DNA of 64,000 bases from a virus. The DNA is taken from positions 64,001 through 128,000 of the IMG/VR virus record IMGVR_UViG_3300017605_000342. One strand, given 5' to 3'. The notes beneath the pieces were generated by a model, which worked only from the letters and a program-made list of their open reading frames with translations, ran no database searches and was not told where the DNA came from. The position numbers and the translations under genes were made by a program. Of this stretch, positions 10,472 to 18,724 are shown piece by piece. How positions within the stretch are numbered: the stretch's first letter is position 1; each line of letters opens with the position of its first letter.

Positions 10472-10561
10472 GGAAGTATGGGAGAACCAGGCAATCCACT
10501 GCCCCGCTAAGGCAAGGTCGCCCCACCGGGCGTGCATGTTCGAATCGTGCTACTTCCGCCA
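10472..10561 (+). tRNA. tRNA-Ser(GCT)
   Basis: GGAAGTA/TACTTCC acceptor stem, G73, encoded CCA, long variable arm CGCCC/GGGCG, TTCGAAT T-loop, anticodon loop CCGCTAA. Confidence 0.9.
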
Positions 10562-10566
10562 CATAT

Positions 10567-10896
10567 ATGAAAATGTTCGAAGACGAATTTCCCTGCATGG
10601 GACTATCACCACGTAGCTGGTCAGAAACCTCAGATACGACTATAGCTGTAACTAACTACAAAAAACAACTACTAGAAAAACCATCAATGATTCCCTTTGC
10701 AAAATTTACTAGATCAAACGGCGCTACTATATACGTCAATGCTAACAACATAGCTTACCTAGTATCAGTAGGAGAGACTCAGGTACGACTTGTCTTCGTG
10801 GGCGGTCCAGAGCCTGCCAACGATACAGTTATCGTACAAGGAAGTATTAGCCAAGTTGCCGACAGCCTTAGGTCCATAGGAGAAAAACATGTGTAA
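10567..10896 (+). CDS. Small protein; the part from 10687 resembles FlbD/SwrD-like small beta proteins
   Basis: FTRSNGATIYVNANNIAYL...VIVQGSISQV pattern; start uncertain (10567 or 10687). Confidence 0.45.
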   Translation: MKMFEDEFPCMGLSPRSWSETSDTTIAVTNYKKQLLEKPSMIPFAKFTRSNGATIYVNANNIAYLVSVGETQVRLVFVGGPEPANDTVIVQGSISQVADSLRSIGEKHV

Positions 10897-11011
10897 ATGC
10901 GGCCACACTCTTCTAGAACATAATGAGTTATCACACATTCTTTCATGCCCAAGGCTGGGGTGTAGTCAGTGTTCCTGTGAAGAATACTCCCCAAAGGATA
11001 CTAATGAGTAA
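10889..11011 (+). CDS. 40-aa Cys/His zinc-binding microprotein (not in ORF track)
   Basis: Hand translation MCKCGHTLLEH...CPRLGCSQCSCEEY; AGGAG RBS. Confidence 0.55.
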   Translation: MCKCGHTLLEHNELSHILSCPRLGCSQCSCEEYSPKDTNE

Positions 11012-11228
11012 GTTCTTCTGGCAGTTTATGGGAGACTTTACAGATATCCTAGATAAAGCTTTTAACTTCACAAGCGAAGTCTTTACGACCGTGCTTCAAA
11101 TAATTGGCATAGCTGTGTTGGGTATTTGTGCCGCAGCAATGTTAGCTATACCATTTGCGTTATATTGTGTGTACAGAGGAATAAAATGGCTGTTCGTTGG
11201 ATCGGTGGCTGGTCAAAACCAAGATTAG
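11004..11228 (+). CDS. Small membrane protein
   Basis: AAGGA RBS, MSKFFWQF start, long hydrophobic stretch. Confidence 0.5.
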   Translation: MSKFFWQFMGDFTDILDKAFNFTSEVFTTVLQIIGIAVLGICAAAMLAIPFALYCVYRGIKWLFVGSVAGQNQD

Positions 11229-11245
11229 CCACCAACAAAAATCAG

Positions 11246-12232
11246 ATGAAAGTACTTATCACAGGTGGGGCTGGGTTCTTAGGTACTCAGCTAACTAAGC
11301 ACTTCCTAGCACAAGACAACGAAGTAGTTGTAGCTAGTCGTGACGAAGCTAAGCACTGGAAGCTTAAACACTCGGTAGATAACGACCCACGCTTAACTAC
11401 CTTTGTCTGGAATGCCGCCGACCAGCATTACCTGAACGTCACTGGTATACTTCACTCCGTAGAGCCTGACGTTATCATCATGACTCACGCACTGAAACGT
11501 ATTGACGTGTGTGAAGCACAACCGGACGAGGCTTTAGAAATCAACACAGTTGCAGTACAACGGTTGCTGGAATACGTCATGTATTTCAAACCCAAGAATC
11601 TAAAAAACGTTGTGCTGATAAGTACAGACAAGGCAGCAAACCCGATATCCACATACGGCACCACAAAACTTCTGGCAGAACAGTTTATGCGCCACGCCCA
11701 ATCCGCGATGGGCAACCAAACAAAGTTTGTTGTAGTACGCTATGGCAATGTACTAGACAGCACTGGTAGCGTCATACCATACATCAAGAACCGTATTGGC
11801 TTTGGGCAACCCTTACAGATCACAGACCCAACCATGACTCGGTTTATCTTCTCATCCAGAGATGCTGTGGATATGGTTGTGCATATGATTACGAACAATG
11901 AATCCGGCCTGTGGATTCCCGGTAGGATACCGTCAATGAACATAGGCCATCTGTTTGAGCTATATTCTGAAAAGTATAGCCGAGCCGTTGAGCACGGCCC
12001 TCAAAGAGCATTCCCAGAAAAACCACATGAAGTCCTCAATACGGAGCACGAACAAATACAGTGGCTCCCGTACAAATGCCCTGTACCCATACGGGGTGTC
12101 TCACGGCAAGATTTTACTTGCCCCTATCAAGAGCTAAAGGTAGGTCGTGCTCAACAAATCATTTCTTCAGAAGACGTGCAAATAACAAAACAAGAACTCA
12201 AACTTCTACTAGAAAGAGAAAACTTACTGTGA
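11246..12232 (+). CDS. UDP-GlcNAc 4,6-dehydratase (PseB/CapE/WbjB-like, Polysacc_synt_2)
   Basis: ITGGAGFLG, SRDEAK, ISTDKAANP, YGTTK, RYGNVLDSTGSVIP, TDPTMTRF. Confidence 0.85.
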   Translation: MKVLITGGAGFLGTQLTKHFLAQDNEVVVASRDEAKHWKLKHSVDNDPRLTTFVWNAADQHYLNVTGILHSVEPDVIIMTHALKRIDVCEAQPDEALEINTVAVQRLLEYVMYFKPKNLKNVVLISTDKAANPISTYGTTKLLAEQFMRHAQSAMGNQTKFVVVRYGNVLDSTGSVIPYIKNRIGFGQPLQITDPTMTRFIFSSRDAVDMVVHMITNNESGLWIPGRIPSMNIGHLFELYSEKYSRAVEHGPQRAFPEKPHEVLNTEHEQIQWLPYKCPVPIRGVSRQDFTCPYQELKVGRAQQIISSEDVQITKQELKLLLERENLL

Positions 12233-13020
12233 TTGAAAAAGGCCACACCATACCGTGTTTAGACCACGGCTTTGTTAGACTAATAGATTATTTAGGCACT
12301 GAACAACGCATCGTTGAAGCAGCTAGGGTATCCTATAAATCTCCGTCTAAGGGAGATGACGCTGATAAAAAACTTATAGCTTATCTGTACAAGAATAGGC
12401 ACACTAGTCCCTTTGAGCAATGCAATATCACCTACAACATAAAATTACCTTTGTTTGTTCAAGGACAGCTAGTCAGACACAGAACACAGAGACTTAACCA
12501 AATGTCTGCACGTTACACAGAAATGCCGGATGAGTTTTATATTCCATCAGAATGGCGTCCACAAGACACCAAGAATAAACAAGGAAGTACCGAACAAGTT
12601 GGGTGGAATCCATCCGTAAAGGTCATGATGCCAAACCCACAGGTGTTAGGATCTGGCAATATACCAAATGGTCCGCTATGCGGTGACAAGCTTGGTGAAG
12701 AACCCTACCTATACACATACGAAGCTACTGCAATGGTTAATCACCACTGTAAGATCTCATATCAAAAATACGAATCCCTGCTACACGCCGGTGTAGCCAA
12801 GGAAATGTCACGCATGATCTTACCCCAGAACTTATACACAGAAATATACTCCAACTGGGATTTACACAATCTTATGCACATGTTTACATTGCGACTAGAT
12901 GCACACGCCCAACTAGAAATTAGGGTATTTGCACAAGCAATGTTTGACATCTTCGAGGCATTATATCCGTGGGTTTCGGAAGCTTACAAAAAATACACAT
13001 GGGTGGTTAAAGAACAGTGA
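12229..13020 (+). CDS. thyX: FAD-dependent thymidylate synthase
   Basis: AARVSY, HTSPFE, RHR, SARY, LRLDAHAQLEIR; GTG start in GTGA overlap. Confidence 0.95.
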   Translation: MIEKGHTIPCLDHGFVRLIDYLGTEQRIVEAARVSYKSPSKGDDADKKLIAYLYKNRHTSPFEQCNITYNIKLPLFVQGQLVRHRTQRLNQMSARYTEMPDEFYIPSEWRPQDTKNKQGSTEQVGWNPSVKVMMPNPQVLGSGNIPNGPLCGDKLGEEPYLYTYEATAMVNHHCKISYQKYESLLHAGVAKEMSRMILPQNLYTEIYSNWDLHNLMHMFTLRLDAHAQLEIRVFAQAMFDIFEALYPWVSEAYKKYTWVVKEQ

Positions 13021-13586
13021 TTGACTATAGTAAATGTATAAGAAAAGAAGCACGACCCCCACGCAAGAGAATTAGAGGCAGTGGTTCTATTTACTACGAT
13101 CCAAACTACGTTTATATTTTTCAGTGTAGTTCGTGCAGCAAAGAAATGCCTCTGCAACCGAACAAGTGGAAGACCCACTCAGGATACTGTGTGCGATGTG
13201 TTAAACGTAAGAATAAACCTTATCACACACTGTACGCAAGGCTGCTCACTTCCGCAAAGAAGGAAGGTAGGGAAGTGGAACTAACCTACGAAGAGTTTGA
13301 GTTCTTAACACAAATAGGCGTGTGTAACTACTGCAACTCAGAAATTAAATGGAATGAATTTAAGGCTGGGCCATACAATCTAGATAGGAAAGATAATACT
13401 AAAGGATATTCTTTTGAAAATGTAGTAGTTAGTTGTAAGGAATGTAACTTCATGAAAAATAGATTTTATAGCTTTGAAGAGTTCAAGGCTATATCAGAAG
13501 TTTTAAAAATCATGCGTGGAAATAGTAAAGAGAGAAAAACTGACTTAATTAGCTCACTTTGCTATACTCCACATACCAGTCTCTAA
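13017..13586 (+). CDS. HNH-type endonuclease with Zn-binding Cys pairs
   Basis: CNYC, LDRKDNTKGY..ENVVVSCKECNFMK. Confidence 0.75.
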   Translation: MIDYSKCIRKEARPPRKRIRGSGSIYYDPNYVYIFQCSSCSKEMPLQPNKWKTHSGYCVRCVKRKNKPYHTLYARLLTSAKKEGREVELTYEEFEFLTQIGVCNYCNSEIKWNEFKAGPYNLDRKDNTKGYSFENVVVSCKECNFMKNRFYSFEEFKAISEVLKIMRGNSKERKTDLISSLCYTPHTSL

Positions 13587-14248
13587 TAGTTAATTTCTTT
13601 TTGTTTGTAATACTCTATAGCGCTCTTGATTTCAATAGCGACCTCGCGCCCAGACAGTTCATTGCGCATCCCCATAGATTCAATGTGCGGGGCGTTATTG
13701 AAGTCAATAGCATACACCGTACCCTTAAACACAACGTAGTCTATTGAATACAGTGCATACGGAATTTTGTCGTTGTAAGAATCATACGCTGAAATACATC
13801 GCAGAGATATCTCTCGATCTCTCGAATAGTCCGCCTTCCAAGAACTTCCCGTCACTATAAAGCCAAACGCCTTAGATCCCACCTTAACAAACTTGTACAC
13901 CGAATACTTCCTAGCATTAACATTCCCCAGAAAGTGGGTAACAAACACACTAGGAAACTTCTCTAAGCAAGACTTGGCATCCAACAGGACCTTACCCTCC
14001 CCTCCATTGGCGCGAGTGTCCATGTGTGCTATGAAGTGCAGGTTGTCGGTTTGGTAAGCGTCCACAGCCTTCGGTATAACGGTCGCAGCCATACCATGAG
14101 TAGGTACCTTAAAGCCCCACTCAAGCAGACGTGACATCATGACGGGCCTGTCCATGTTAGGCTCTGCGTGCCTCTCCCAGACATACCCGTCCTTATCAAA
14201 CCACGTATCGTAGTAGTCAGACCAAAAACAAGAAAGTTTTACTTTCAC
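13583..14248 (-). CDS. ATP-grasp-like protein (tentative)
   Basis: GFKVP, GGEGK, SIDYV...YAIDFNNAP resembles an ATP-grasp C-terminal motif. Confidence 0.45.
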   Translation of the reverse strand: MKVKLSCFWSDYYDTWFDKDGYVWERHAEPNMDRPVMMSRLLEWGFKVPTHGMAATVIPKAVDAYQTDNLHFIAHMDTRANGGEGKVLLDAKSCLEKFPSVFVTHFLGNVNARKYSVYKFVKVGSKAFGFIVTGSSWKADYSRDREISLRCISAYDSYNDKIPYALYSIDYVVFKGTVYAIDFNNAPHIESMGMRNELSGREVAIEIKSAIEYYKQKEINY

Positions 14249-14608
14249 TTATTTAATTAGGTTGATGATTGCATCTGCCTTAGTGATAATCCACTTGGTA
14301 ACAAATGGTGCAACCAACTCCGTAGTAACACCCAAGAACAACGCAATGGATGCGTGATGGTGTAACGGCCCCAGCAGTTCGAACAGTAGCGGAAAAGGAA
14401 CTTTGTCTATGTACACAGCACTACCCAGCCAACTCGCACTTAAAGTAGCTAGCCAGCTAGCAGCATTTAACAAACTCGGTTCAAAAAACCAATCGAATGT
14501 AGCACGTTTAATTTTAGTTCTAGGCTTCTTTCCGTACGTAATGTACGAGATATACTTGTACAGCAGTACACTAAGTGTACCCGTAAACCACAATATGTAT
14601 AGATACAT
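14249..14608 (-). CDS. Multi-pass membrane protein (holin candidate)
   Basis: Two to three hydrophobic segments in 119 aa. Confidence 0.45.
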   Translation of the reverse strand: MYLYILWFTGTLSVLLYKYISYITYGKKPRTKIKRATFDWFFEPSLLNAASWLATLSASWLGSAVYIDKVPFPLLFELLGPLHHHASIALFLGVTTELVAPFVTKWIITKADAIINLIK

Positions 14609-14618
14609 TTACCTTACC

Positions 14619-14948
14619 TTAAGGTCTATTTGTATAGAACCTTGATGTAGCAGATTCTGGTCCTTCCTTCCCGTCCACGATGTACACACGCACAAAGTAC
14701 CAGTAGTTAGTTTTGCGTGCCGCAGACGTGTCGTAGAATATCAACTTATCAGTCCAACCGATCTTAACGGCGTCAGACATGTCACTACGCTGCGCACGGT
14801 AAATCGAGTACTTCAGCGCCACACCAGGTTCAATCTGCGAGCCGTCAACGTATTTAGTGGGCGCAAACCAACTACACGAGACAGTGGCTGCACTCAGGCA
14901 ACCACCGCTCAGTACCAGTAACAATAAAGCACAAATTATACTCTTCAT
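14619..14948 (-). CDS. Secreted single FN3-like domain protein
   Basis: Signal peptide; W..P, YSIYR, YWYFVRVY..DGKEG..S. Confidence 0.65.
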   Translation of the reverse strand: MKSIICALLLLVLSGGCLSAATVSCSWFAPTKYVDGSQIEPGVALKYSIYRAQRSDMSDAVKIGWTDKLIFYDTSAARKTNYWYFVRVYIVDGKEGPESATSRFYTNRP

Positions 14949-14949
14949 G

Positions 14950-15321
14950 TTATTTTACAGTGAAACCTGTTGCTGCTCCGGGGATCTTGTCAGAGAAATT
15001 GAAACGAACGATGACAGACTTTGCCCCTTCGACGCCATCAGTACTCACTCCCGAAACCTGATAATAATAAGTAGTCGTACCCGCCAGAGTCGTGTCCACA
15101 TAAGTCAATGCCGTAATAGCGGAGGCATTTAATTTAGTAGCGGCGGACCCGTCAGCGTTAACACTACGATAAACGTTGTATGTCACTCCGGTAACTGGGG
15201 TGCCATTAGTGCTTGTAGTGATTGCATTCCACGATGCTGTTGCCTTAGGTGTAGTCTGCGCAAACGCCGACCCTATTAACAACATTACCACAAACAGTAC
15301 TACAGTTAGCTTTTTATACAT
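14950..15321 (-). CDS. Secreted single FN3-like domain protein
   Basis: Signal peptide ending SAFA; YNVYRS, YVDTT, YYYQVSGV..DGVEG.KS. Confidence 0.7.
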   Translation of the reverse strand: MYKKLTVVLFVVMLLIGSAFAQTTPKATASWNAITTSTNGTPVTGVTYNVYRSVNADGSAATKLNASAITALTYVDTTLAGTTTYYYQVSGVSTDGVEGAKSVIVRFNFSDKIPGAATGFTVK

Positions 15322-15334
15322 TGTTTAAACCCTT

Positions 15335-16114
15335 TCACTTCACAGCCGCACTAACTACGACAGCGGTTACGGCTATCTCCACTGCCTTCCATCCAAAGTC
15401 CTTCACCTTCTGCCACTTCGACTTTTTGGCTGCGGTCTTGTATTTTTCCAAAGCAGCTTTATAGTCTTCCATGACTAGCTTGTAATCCTCTAACAACTTC
15501 TTGCTTTCGGCCAACACCGTTTGTGTTTGCCCCAGTAATTCAGTAAGCTGTTGAGTCTTACCCTGCTCCAGCTCTAGTTCTTGCTGTAGCGCTTTAAGAT
15601 CAGCCTCTAGCCTAGTTAGCTGAATGCTTTGGGCTACTACCTTCTGTGTATCTTCTTTAGTAAATTCGATGCCAGTTGCGGTCGGGGTAACCACCATGTT
15701 CGTGTACTTCGCCACGTCCTTGACAACTTCGGGGACTTGGCGAGTCGGGGCAGTGACTTCTTCGACCTTCTTCGTGGTTTCAACGGCTCGTGCCGATCTG
15801 AGTTTACGCAACTCACTCTGCTGAACCGATAACTGTTTGATTAATTCTTCGCGCTTTGCTGTTTCTTCGTTAAGTGCTGCTATTAGCTTTTGATTAACTG
15901 CACTATGTTCTAATACCAGTTTTTCTTTTTCTTTGGCTTCCGCTTCTTTAATCTCTGCAACTGCAATTGCTGCTTTGTAGTCTGCATACCCTGTAACAAA
16001 CTTATACCCTCCGTAAAGCAACACCAGTCCAACAATTCCAACCACCAAGAAGTTTGTAGTGAAAGAACGATTCTTCAATCCAACAACTACTTCATTGATC
16101 TTTTGGGTATCCAT
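15335..16114 (-). CDS. Membrane-anchored coiled-coil protein (spanin-like candidate)
   Basis: N-terminal TM, long heptad coiled coil, hydrophobic C-terminus. Confidence 0.45.
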   Translation of the reverse strand: MDTQKINEVVVGLKNRSFTTNFLVVGIVGLVLLYGGYKFVTGYADYKAAIAVAEIKEAEAKEKEKLVLEHSAVNQKLIAALNEETAKREELIKQLSVQQSELRKLRSARAVETTKKVEEVTAPTRQVPEVVKDVAKYTNMVVTPTATGIEFTKEDTQKVVAQSIQLTRLEADLKALQQELELEQGKTQQLTELLGQTQTVLAESKKLLEDYKLVMEDYKAALEKYKTAAKKSKWQKVKDFGWKAVEIAVTAVVVSAAVK

Positions 16115-16373
16115 TGTTTATCTTCTTCCAGACGATCCTAGAGTTATTCTTAGGATGACTCAGCACGTGCACACGAAAGAACGCGTCAAACGACATATAT
16201 ACACCGATTGACGAATCCCCATGAGCGGCGGCATCAACATCAGTCCGCCAGCACACGGCAACAAGGCCATTATGAAACACAATACCATCTAGTACACGGC
16301 CTGTAGAACTAACTCCAGAAGAATCAAATTCGCGGTACAAGGTAAACATTCTTGGTTCTGGAATTTTAGACAC
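16092..16373 (-). CDS. Conserved-looking phage hypothetical protein
   Basis: R..DSSGVSSTGRV..GIVF.NG..AVCW motif. Confidence 0.55.
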   Translation of the reverse strand: MSKIPEPRMFTLYREFDSSGVSSTGRVLDGIVFHNGLVAVCWRTDVDAAAHGDSSIGVYMSFDAFFRVHVLSHPKNNSRIVWKKINNGYPKDQ

Positions 16374-16385
16374 ATTTAACCTTTC

Positions 16386-17018
16386 TTACTGTAAAGTCTC
16401 TGGTTGGTTCTGCTGTCTTAACTGGTCTATGAACTGCCCCACTACGTCTAAGTCCCGAACTATCAAACTAAAACACTCTTCCGCACTTCTACGTAAATCT
16501 TCAAGCTCACCGTCATTGCAACGTATCTCAGCGAAATGCCCTGCGTAATGCTCTAGTTCCGTTTCAGACGGATGGCTGTGGTCTATCCCAGAAGCCATGT
16601 AGCGTTCCTGGTTCTTGTATCGCTCTACTTTTACGTAGTATCCTTCTCGATCTTTAATCCATTCTGCTTCATTCCTAAAACGAACATCTGAAACCAATGC
16701 TATCTGTGGTAGTTCAATATCTAACCTGCCTGATAATTTCTTAACCCAGTACTCTGAGTCTTGCACTCTACGAAACTCAGTGCCCCACCATTGTAACAAT
16801 TCCCTACATTTTCCCTCTTTGTCCGGCCTGTAAGGGATTCCGTATTCCTCACACAACTGGCGTTCTCGCCCACGGACTTCAGCTTTAAGTTCATCTGCAA
16901 ACGCATACCGTTTAATCTCGTATGGCCCGCCGTTTTCTTTGTGGAATTTGTCAATAATAAACTGACATACGGTGTCTTTACCGCAGCGAGCGCGGTGACC
17001 GAACCCGATGATAATCAT
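16386..17018 (-). CDS. Deoxynucleoside monophosphate kinase
   Basis: GHRARCGKDT P-loop, FADELK, RELLQWWGTEFRR, SDVRFRNE, HPSE. Confidence 0.9.
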   Translation of the reverse strand: MIIIGFGHRARCGKDTVCQFIIDKFHKENGGPYEIKRYAFADELKAEVRGRERQLCEEYGIPYRPDKEGKCRELLQWWGTEFRRVQDSEYWVKKLSGRLDIELPQIALVSDVRFRNEAEWIKDREGYYVKVERYKNQERYMASGIDHSHPSETELEHYAGHFAEIRCNDGELEDLRRSAEECFSLIVRDLDVVGQFIDQLRQQNQPETLQ

Positions 17019-17019
17019 G

Positions 17020-17226
17020 TTAAACCTTTCTTATCCAGTGGATTAGTACCGATGCACCGCAAACGATGGCCGATACTTTCAACGCAGTGCTTAATGCCAG
17101 TACGTCTGTAGCTATCACAGGCGACAACAACAACGCAACCCAGCCTGCCGCTAGGTAGACTAAACTACCTAGCAAGCAAGCCGCAACTGCCCAAGCTGCA
17201 AATTCTGTAGCGATCTTAATAATCAT
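17020..17226 (-). CDS. Small two-TM membrane protein
   Basis: Almost entirely hydrophobic 68 aa; ATGA overlap. Confidence 0.5.
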   Translation of the reverse strand: MIIKIATEFAAWAVAACLLGSLVYLAAGWVALLLSPVIATDVLALSTALKVSAIVCGASVLIHWIRKV

Positions 17227-18347
17227 CTTCCGTGCTTTTTTAAGAACTCCTTGGTGTACCTAGAATATTGATTTTCTGGTTTCTCTGATCTTATAGAACC
17301 AACATCTAAATTATACAGCCAAGTTTTCGGATGCCGCGCCGAAATGCCAAACATAGTCTGGGAAGCTTCGACCAGCGGATGTAGCTTCCACGCTAATCCC
17401 AACTCAGACTGTCCGCCCAAGCAGGAATTTACAATTAGCTTTTCTCTAATAATTGAATGGTGGAAGTGGCCGCACAAAATGATATCGAATGAATTACCCG
17501 TATCTTTAGAAAACTCTCGATAAATCTTTGAATCGAACATCGCCATAACAGCGTCTTCTAAAGATTCTAGGCGGTTCATCTTTGCATCGGTTCCATGCAT
17601 CAAGATGTACTTGTGCCCAAACTGCTTTACGGGAACAACGTACCCCGGATGTATTCTAATTGTAACACTTGGGTCATCTTCAAAATAATATGCCAACATC
17701 TCGAAGATCACATAATCCCACGTGTCGTATGCCATTCTCTTGGAAAATAGCTTTGCTGAAAATCTGCCGTGATTTCCAGCCAGACAATCTATCTCGATAG
17801 GGATACCCAGTTCCTTCAGGTCTAATATTGCCATGTGTAACAGTCGCGCCGTGAGGATGGCTGCCGAACTGTCATTCATGTCATTAGTAAGTTCAAGGTC
17901 TGAAACATGTGACCCTGAAATCATATCTCCCAAAATAGAAATCCAAATCTTGTCAAAGTTATACGCTGTACGGTGAAACCCAACAATCTGTTTAGTAGAC
18001 TTGACTATTTCCGCTATTCTATTTGCGGCAATCACACTATTAAACTTGTTAGCATTATTAGTTTCTTTATCTGATATAACTTCTGTTACGTGCCAGTCAC
18101 TCCATACTAGTGCTGCAACTTCAGAGTGTCCGAAAGCAAGGTCCTTCTCAACCTTGGTGGGGCTAACCACAAAAGGCTGCGACTTCTCCCGCTTAAGAAC
18201 ACCCGTAAGTTCGTCGATAACTTGCTCGAAGTCGAAACCGCCTCGCCTTAACAATTTCTTATTCAAGCTACGCAAATCGGCGTTTTCCGAAGTCAGGCGC
18301 TCCAACACTCGGAGGCGTTTTTCTTCGGCTGATAAAGGTTTGGTCAT
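17223..18347 (-). CDS. Metallophosphoesterase with N-terminal coiled coil
   Basis: SDWH, GDMISG, GNHGR, MHG, GHFH. Confidence 0.85.
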   Translation of the reverse strand: MTKPLSAEEKRLRVLERLTSENADLRSLNKKLLRRGGFDFEQVIDELTGVLKREKSQPFVVSPTKVEKDLAFGHSEVAALVWSDWHVTEVISDKETNNANKFNSVIAANRIAEIVKSTKQIVGFHRTAYNFDKIWISILGDMISGSHVSDLELTNDMNDSSAAILTARLLHMAILDLKELGIPIEIDCLAGNHGRFSAKLFSKRMAYDTWDYVIFEMLAYYFEDDPSVTIRIHPGYVVPVKQFGHKYILMHGTDAKMNRLESLEDAVMAMFDSKIYREFSKDTGNSFDIILCGHFHHSIIREKLIVNSCLGGQSELGLAWKLHPLVEASQTMFGISARHPKTWLYNLDVGSIRSEKPENQYSRYTKEFLKKHGR

Positions 18348-18380
18348 TGACCCTCTCTTTCGTCCTTCTATTGGTGAGAG

Positions 18381-18409
18381 ATGGTAGCACTTGAACCGTC
18401 AAAAGTCAA
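18381..18409 (-). promoter_or_regulatory. Sigma70-type promoter for the phosphoesterase/dNMP kinase unit
   Basis: TTGACT-17 bp-TACCAT with TG extension, in an intergenic gap. Confidence 0.7.
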
Positions 18410-18410
18410 G

Positions 18411-18713
18411 CTAAATCTTGAATAGAAATCTCAAGACTAGTTCGCCTGCAATGACTAAGCCCATACCGATTGCCCCCAATCGTTCACAACGGGACAGCCG
18501 CCTGTCTTGCGCCATAACTTCTTCTTGGCTCGCCTTATCCTGCTCTAATCTCAGTAGGCGTACTTCGTGTTTCACAAACTCTTCTTTTTCCACCTTGTCT
18601 CTCTCCAGTGTTGTCAGACGATAATTGGTACCATCCTTCAACTCCTTGAGATCTTTATACATCTCTGTCTGAATTGTGCGTACTTCAATTAAAATATCGT
18701 GATCTTCAGTCAT
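18411..18713 (-). CDS. Coiled-coil protein with C-terminal TM (holin/XhlA-like candidate)
   Basis: RL..LE.DK repeats, then a hydrophobic tail. Confidence 0.5.
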   Translation of the reverse strand: MTEDHDILIEVRTIQTEMYKDLKELKDGTNYRLTTLERDKVEKEEFVKHEVRLLRLEQDKASQEEVMAQDRRLSRCERLGAIGMGLVIAGELVLRFLFKI

Positions 18714-18724
18714 CCAAATCTCCG

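Noticed and set aside
10500-10515. CTA inside the tRNA loop suggesting an amber suppressor and a recoded genome
   Set aside because: Stem register puts GCT at 34-36; TAG and TGA end many properly sized genes and conserved genes are not fragmented
10462-10566. N-terminal part of the 144-aa ORF
   Set aside because: Reads through the tRNA-Ser gene; the real start is downstream
2690-12228. Long upstream extensions in the ORF track (2690, 3702, 5203, 8215, 8406, 10923, 11126, 12061)
   Set aside because: They overlap upstream genes; family motifs and start-stop overlaps support the shorter starts
13583-18713. Complete lysis cassette
   Set aside because: Only membrane and coiled-coil candidates; no recognisable endolysin in the window
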